Shown: positions 8,193 through 11,933 of the stretch, piece by piece | How the letters are laid out: each line of letters opens with the position of its first letter | Numbering within the stretch: the stretch's first letter is position 1 | Source: Candidatus Hydrogenedentota bacterium | GTDB taxonomy: Bacteria > Hydrogenedentota > Hydrogenedentia > Hydrogenedentales > SLHB01 | DNA: 11,933 bases | NCBI GenBank assembly: GCA_045863295.1 | Contig: BTWA01000069.1 | Location: 1 to 11,933 of the forward strand | Reading direction: 5' to 3' | Position numbers and translations under genes: made by a program | The notes under the pieces: model-generated | Database searches by the model: none | Told to the model about the DNA's origin: nothing | Seen by the model: only the letters and a program-made list of their open reading frames with translations

Positions 8193-9092
8193 TCAGGCGT
8201 CGTCACCTTCGATCACGGCGTTCGTCACCTTATAAACTTCTTCCAAGGTCATGCCGCGGGCGCGCTTGATACGTTCGAGACGCTTTTCGAACTGGCCCAT
8301 GGCAAAAAGCGTGAAGTGGTCCATTTCCATTCCAAAAGGAATGGGGTCGTACTGCGACAGGGACTCGGCGATGATTCCCATGGCGGGCTGCAACAACTCG
8401 TTCATGGTGTCTTCGATTACCTGCCACAGACTTTCGTCTTCGGCCATGAGGCGGGACAATAGAAATATTCCGTAGGCGATGTGGCGGGCTTCGTCCTGCT
8501 TGAGCAGGGAAATCCCTTTGCGTTGGCCCGGAAGGATGTTGAACTTGTCGAGCACCGTGAAATAGGCATGGTACCCGGTTTCGGCCAGCACGCCTTCGAC
8601 AATCAGGTTGTACGTGGCGGAGGCGCGGCAAAGAGCCATGGGTGAAACGTCTTTACGCAACGCGTTCAGCGCGCTGGGCAGCGCTTCGTAAAACAGCATC
8701 TGGTACATGGGCCCATGGAACCGCGTCAGATCCCCGGGATCGCCGGCAACCTCCGTGAAAAACCGGCTGAAGAAATCGCAGTGCTTCGCTTCTTCAAAAA
8801 GAAACGTCGTCAGATACAGCTCTTCTTCAATGTGGCCCTGCTCAGCGACGACGGATATGAGGGGTAATAGATCGATGGTGACTGCCTCTTCACCGGCTTG
8901 AAACATCGAGGTGAGATGGAGAACGACTTCCCGCTCGTCGTCTTTCAGGGACCGCCAATCAACACGGTCTTGCGAAAAATCGATGTCCGATGGATTCCAT
9001 ATGCCCAGCCGCTTCGCCTTCTCGTACAAGACCATGGGAGGAATCTCGCGGCGCAGTCCACGCGACGTTGTGGCAAAAGCGACATGGCTCAT
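8193..9092 (-). CDS. R2-like ligand-binding oxidase (R2lox; Mn/Fe ferritin-like)
   Basis: LYEKAKRLGIWNPSDIDFSQD, AGEEAVT, EEAKH, YNLIVEGVLAETGY and DEARH follow the R2lox pattern known from Mycobacterium and Geobacillus enzymes. Start placed at ATG 9092 (upstream GGAGA). No RNR large subunit adjacent. Confidence 0.92.
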   Translation of the reverse strand: MSHVAFATTSRGLRREIPPMVLYEKAKRLGIWNPSDIDFSQDRVDWRSLKDDEREVVLHLTSMFQAGEEAVTIDLLPLISVVAEQGHIEEELYLTTFLFEEAKHCDFFSRFFTEVAGDPGDLTRFHGPMYQMLFYEALPSALNALRKDVSPMALCRASATYNLIVEGVLAETGYHAYFTVLDKFNILPGQRKGISLLKQDEARHIAYGIFLLSRLMAEDESLWQVIEDTMNELLQPAMGIIAESLSQYDPIPFGMEMDHFTLFAMGQFEKRLERIKRARGMTLEEVYKVTNAVIEGDDA

Positions 9093-9461
9093 GAGTGCAC
9101 GGTCTCCGATTAATGAAACGCTAATTGTTCCGAATCCGGTTCGCGGAGTTGCACGAGGTCCCCGCATCCCCCAAAGTATTGCACAACGACCTTGCGAAGT
9201 TTGCCCCAGCAGACAAACCGTTGCGCATCAGACTGTACAAACGAACCGCTAGAATTCAACGTGGCCGCGCAATGGAGCCACCTGAACTGCGGGGGGACTG
9301 GCATCCCCGAATAGGGGCCTCGGGGGTGGATACCGGGGTAACACCTACCCGATCCCGTATTCGGAAACAAATCATAACTTATTTATTTACAATTGTTTGG
9401 CGATTTTAGTAGTTTTGCTCTGCCGCAATCCGAGATGAGGGGAGACTTTTGGGTGTTCGTA

Positions 9462-9470
9462 TGCTATTAT
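9462..9470 (+). promoter_or_regulatory. Candidate extended -10 promoter (TG-c-TATTAT)
   Basis: TGCTATTAT lies ~14 nt upstream of the first paired base of the structured element, predicting a start near 9476-9478. The -35 position (GAGACT) is poor. Confidence 0.55.
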
Positions 9471-9476
9471 CCAAAG

Positions 9477-9760
9477 TGACCATTGGGCTGGACATGGGTG
9501 GAAGCCGCCGTCAGGCGATCTTCCGCGAGGGTGTTAAGTCTAGTCCGGCAGTTGAAACGGCATCAGTTCCACCGTCCGGAACTGAGCTTGGGACGCAGCC
9601 TCTTCGGGGGCGCAGCCGTTGCCGGAACAGTTGAAGACCACTTGCGGGGTTTTTCTAGCATCCCGTCTTTCCAAACGTGCCTCAGATGCGTTTCCTCCTT
9701 TCGGAGACGGAATCCAGCGACTAGGTGCTTGGTTTGGCGGCTCCACCCTGGCCCATTTAA
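9477..9760 (+). ncRNA. Putative large structured non-coding RNA, family not recognised
   Basis: Hand-identified helices: 9484-9490/9749-9755; 9496-9509/9736-9748; 9510-9516/9727-9733; 9540-9545/9719-9724; 9544-9550/9620-9626; 9557-9561/9615-9619; 9563-9570/9578-9585; 9598-9611 with a cUUCGg loop; 9658-9662/9685-9689. G-U pairs favour the + strand. A promoter candidate lies upstream and no credible protein is encoded. Confidence 0.65.
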
Positions 9761-9824
9761 TCGTCCCCGCGTGGCTTCGCGCCCAGTAGTTACTTGCGAC
9801 ATGTGTTGCGGGTCTACTGTTGCC

Positions 9825-11018
9825 TTATGCCAAGACCTTGGCAATCGCCTCACACAAGGGATCCATATTGGCATCTGTCATTCCGGCGACGTTGATACGT
9901 CCGGATCCCACGATGTAGATGGCGTAGTCCCGTTTGAGGGTTTCGACCTGATCTTTGGTCAATCCCGAAAACGAGAACATGCCCCGCTGGGGAATGAGGA
10001 ACGAAAAGTCCTTCTTCACGCCTTTTTTCTTAAGGGTTTCCACAAAAACGGTGCGCATGCCGTTGATTCGGTCGCGCATGTGTTTCAGTTCGCCTTCCCA
10101 TTCCTGGCGCAGGGCGGGATCGCCGAGAATCGTGGTCACGATGTAGGACCCGTGGGCAGGCGGGTTGGAGTAGTTGGCCCGAATGGCGCTCTTAATGTGG
10201 CTGAAAGCCTTTTGAGCGGCATCTTGTGAATCGCCAACGACGGTCAAGGAACCGACACGCTCGTTGTAGAGGCCAAAATTCTTGCTGAACGAAGAGCAAA
10301 TGAGCAATTCCTGGCCGGGGGAGAGAAATTCGCGCAAACCGGCGGCATCTTCCGTCAAGCCGTCGCCAAACCCCTGGTAGGCAAAATCGAACAGGGGAAG
10401 CCAACCCTTCTCTTGGGCAATGGCGGCAATCGTCTTCCATTGCGCCGACGTTGGGTCGATACCGGTGGGGTTGTGGCAGCAGGCATGCAACAACACGACA
10501 TCGCCCTTGGGGACCGCTTTCAAGGCGTCGAACAATGCATCCAGTTTCAGTCCCTGTTGAGCGGCATCGTAATAGGGATAAGTCTTGATCGGGAGACCCG
10601 CGGCCGTGAAGACGTTCGGGTGATTGGGCCACGTGGGATCGGACAACCATACGGTGACCTCACCCAACTTCTGCCGGACAAAATCGGCGGCTACGCGCAG
10701 AGCGCCAGTGCCGCCGGGGGTGTGGGCAGTGGCGGCGCGCTTTGCCGTCACGACTTCATGGGACGCGCCAAAGATCATTTCCTGAACAACCTTGCCAAAC
10801 GCATCATCACCGGCAATGCCGACATAGGCTTTGGTCTTCTCGAATTCGAGGAGTTTGGCCTCGGCCTTCTTGACCGTGTTAAGCACCGGTGTCGCGCCGT
10901 TGGCATCTTTGTAGACGCCGACGGAAAGATTGATCTTCTTGGGATTGGGGTCGTTCTTGAAGGCGTCCGTCAGTCCAAGTATGGGATCGGCAGGCGCCAT
11001 GTCGAGCGAGTTAAACAT
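9825..11018 (-). CDS. aspC: Aspartate/aromatic amino acid aminotransferase (class I PLP, AspC/TyrB subfamily)
   Basis: APADPILGL, KINLSVGVYKD, TPGGTGALR, LHACCHNPTG, DFAYQGFG, SSFSKNFGLYNERVG (PLP lysine), SGRINVAG. Start placed at ATG 11018 (upstream AAGGA). Confidence 0.95.
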   Translation of the reverse strand: MFNSLDMAPADPILGLTDAFKNDPNPKKINLSVGVYKDANGATPVLNTVKKAEAKLLEFEKTKAYVGIAGDDAFGKVVQEMIFGASHEVVTAKRAATAHTPGGTGALRVAADFVRQKLGEVTVWLSDPTWPNHPNVFTAAGLPIKTYPYYDAAQQGLKLDALFDALKAVPKGDVVLLHACCHNPTGIDPTSAQWKTIAAIAQEKGWLPLFDFAYQGFGDGLTEDAAGLREFLSPGQELLICSSFSKNFGLYNERVGSLTVVGDSQDAAQKAFSHIKSAIRANYSNPPAHGSYIVTTILGDPALRQEWEGELKHMRDRINGMRTVFVETLKKKGVKKDFSFLIPQRGMFSFSGLTKDQVETLKRDYAIYIVGSGRINVAGMTDANMDPLCEAIAKVLA

Positions 11019-11357
11019 GTCCGGAAATTCCTTGTGCTTCCCCATTTGGGATATTCGCGCTTATGCGCACCGGCCCAAAGGCCATATGTGGGGGGAGTTG
11101 CAGCAATGATACGCGGGATGCCGGGGGGAAAACAAAATACAGGAGATTAGTCATATACGTAGACCCAATCGCCGATGCGTTCGGTGGGTTCGCCATAAAT
11201 TCTATCAGGGTAGTTTTCCCTCGTTCCCAAAAAGCTCCGCTTTATCTTCTTCTCCGTACTAAACGGAAATGCCTTCAACGCGAAAGGAGGCCCCATGCTG
11301 GCGTCGCACACCTCCAACCCGCACATCAGCAATAACCGCCTTCCATTGAATCGTCCC

Positions 11358-11386
11358 ATCTGCGCCCATCGGCGTTCATCTGCGGA
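11358..11386 (+). repeat. Short ATC-phased tandem repeat, copy 1
   Basis: ATCTGCGCCC-ATCGGCGTTC-ATCTGCGGA; a related copy lies at 11848-11875. Confidence 0.65.
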
Positions 11387-11423
11387 TAAAACTCCTCATC
11401 CTTCCCACACCTCCGCCCAATCC

Positions 11424-11635
11424 CTGTTCAGCACCGGCTTCTGGCAAACCGCCGACATAGACGACGTCCGCTTCACCGGCTCCAACCTCAAAACCACCAC
11501 CACCTGCAACAACGCCAAAGAACTCACGTCAATGGCCATGACCCCGGCGGCACCACCACCTTCACCTACGACGACAGGGGCCGCATGACCCAAAAAGCCA
11601 ACAGCCGCTTCACCGCCGACTACACCTACCGCTAC
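11424..11635 (+). pseudogene. Frameshifted RHS/YD-repeat gene fragment
   Basis: The frame of ORF 11295 gives ADIDDVRF...TTTTCNNAKELTSM. Shifting frame at the C-run 11542-11545 continues as GGTTTFTYDDRGRMTQK...TADYTYRY, i.e. YD-repeat units (YDxxGRL/M-like). No RHS core (PxxxxDPxG) is seen. Boundaries are approximate. Confidence 0.7.
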
Positions 11636-11667
11636 AGATTCTCCGAAGAAAACACGAGGGTTTTCTA

Positions 11668-11706
11668 TGGAGTGCGGTGGCAAAGGTGGCAGCCGCCGAC
11701 ACCGCT
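11668..11706 (+). repeat. REP-like half element (TGGAGTGCGG...CACCGCT)
   Basis: TGGAG followed by stem GCGGTG (11674-11679) / CACCGC (11700-11705) enclosing GGTGG-CAG-CCGCC. It resembles GGAG-type REP repeats; no inverted partner is seen in the window. Confidence 0.45.
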
Positions 11707-11847
11707 ATCACTCTCGAAGCCGGGACTTGCCTTCGTCTCGGTACTCCCTGCCACGCCAGATGACCAGAATGGTCTCCTCTTCGACTTGACTGCAAAGTAA
11801 ACACCCGCGCAAGGCCGGGCCTGCATATCAAAGAGTATTCTCTTAGG

Positions 11848-11875
11848 ATCTGTGTACATCGGTGTAATCTGTGGA
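11848..11875 (+). repeat. Short ATC-phased tandem repeat, copy 2
   Basis: ATCTGTGTAC-ATCGGTGTA-ATCTGTGGA, same orientation and unit order (ATCTG/ATCGG/ATCTG..GGA) as 11358-11386. Confidence 0.65.
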
Positions 11876-11933
11876 CCCGTTCAGTCCCCGCCGCCCCAAT
11901 CAATTCCGCCTCATCCCGCAAATGCGCAAACCG

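Noticed and set aside
8193..9092. Calling this gene nrdB/nrdF
   Set aside because: The motifs match R2lox and no RNR alpha subunit is adjacent.
9658..9710. Nested pseudoknot reminiscent of an HDV-like ribozyme
   Set aside because: P1 is too short, there is no GG for P1.1 and no catalytic C-(N)-A-A junction.
9736..9750. GCTCCACC resembles a tmRNA/tRNA-Ala acceptor end
   Set aside because: No CCA, no preceding T-arm (GGTTCRANTCC) and no tmRNA-like 5' end; the segment pairs with 9496-9509 instead.
9477..9760. Retron msr-msd, omega RNA or riboswitch interpretation of the structured element
   Set aside because: No reverse transcriptase, IscB or TnpB gene in the window, no recognisable aptamer consensus, and no downstream sense-strand gene.
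9483..10229. 248 aa + strand ORF, plus short ORFs 9449..9634, 9540..9746 and 9563..9874 over the RNA candidate
   Set aside because: The long ORF is partly antisense to aspC; all have Arg/Ser-rich non-protein-like composition and no recognisable motifs. Base-pairing explains the region better.
10413..11150. 245 aa + strand ORF (and similarly 7404..8132 on the - strand)
   Set aside because: Antisense shadows of aspC and the ceramidase-like gene.
11358..11875. CRISPR-like array from the ATC-phased repeats
   Set aside because: Only two degenerate copies 490 bp apart, with no regular spacers and no cas genes.

Overview
Bacterial, GC-rich, gene-dense window. (1) Bases 1-4689 (- strand) hold a translationally coupled six-gene membrane operon: GYF_2/Zn-finger/RDD protein, an internally deleted RDD paralogue, two B-box-like Zn-finger membrane proteins, a polytopic membrane protein, and a >=557 aa DUF4129-type protein that runs off the left edge and is absent from the ORF track. 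(2) Bases 4915-9092 hold a Tat-signal glycerophosphodiester phosphodiesterase, two small convergent genes sharing a terminator (one a 74 aa secreted peptide with a structured leader), a neutral-ceramidase-like hydrolase and an R2-like ligand-binding oxidase (R2lox). (3) The ~730 bp gap between R2lox and aspC contains the most interesting element: an extended -10 promoter followed by a ~275 nt, hand-foldable multi-stem RNA candidate (+ strand, ~9477-9760). It has a long closing helix, a cUUCGg hairpin and two possible pseudoknots, and I could not match it to any RNA family I know. (4) aspC follows, then a mosaic right end with a frameshifted RHS/YD-repeat fragment flanked by short ATC-phased repeats and a REP-like half element. 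All calls come from reading the sequence by eye; no searches or folding programs were run.
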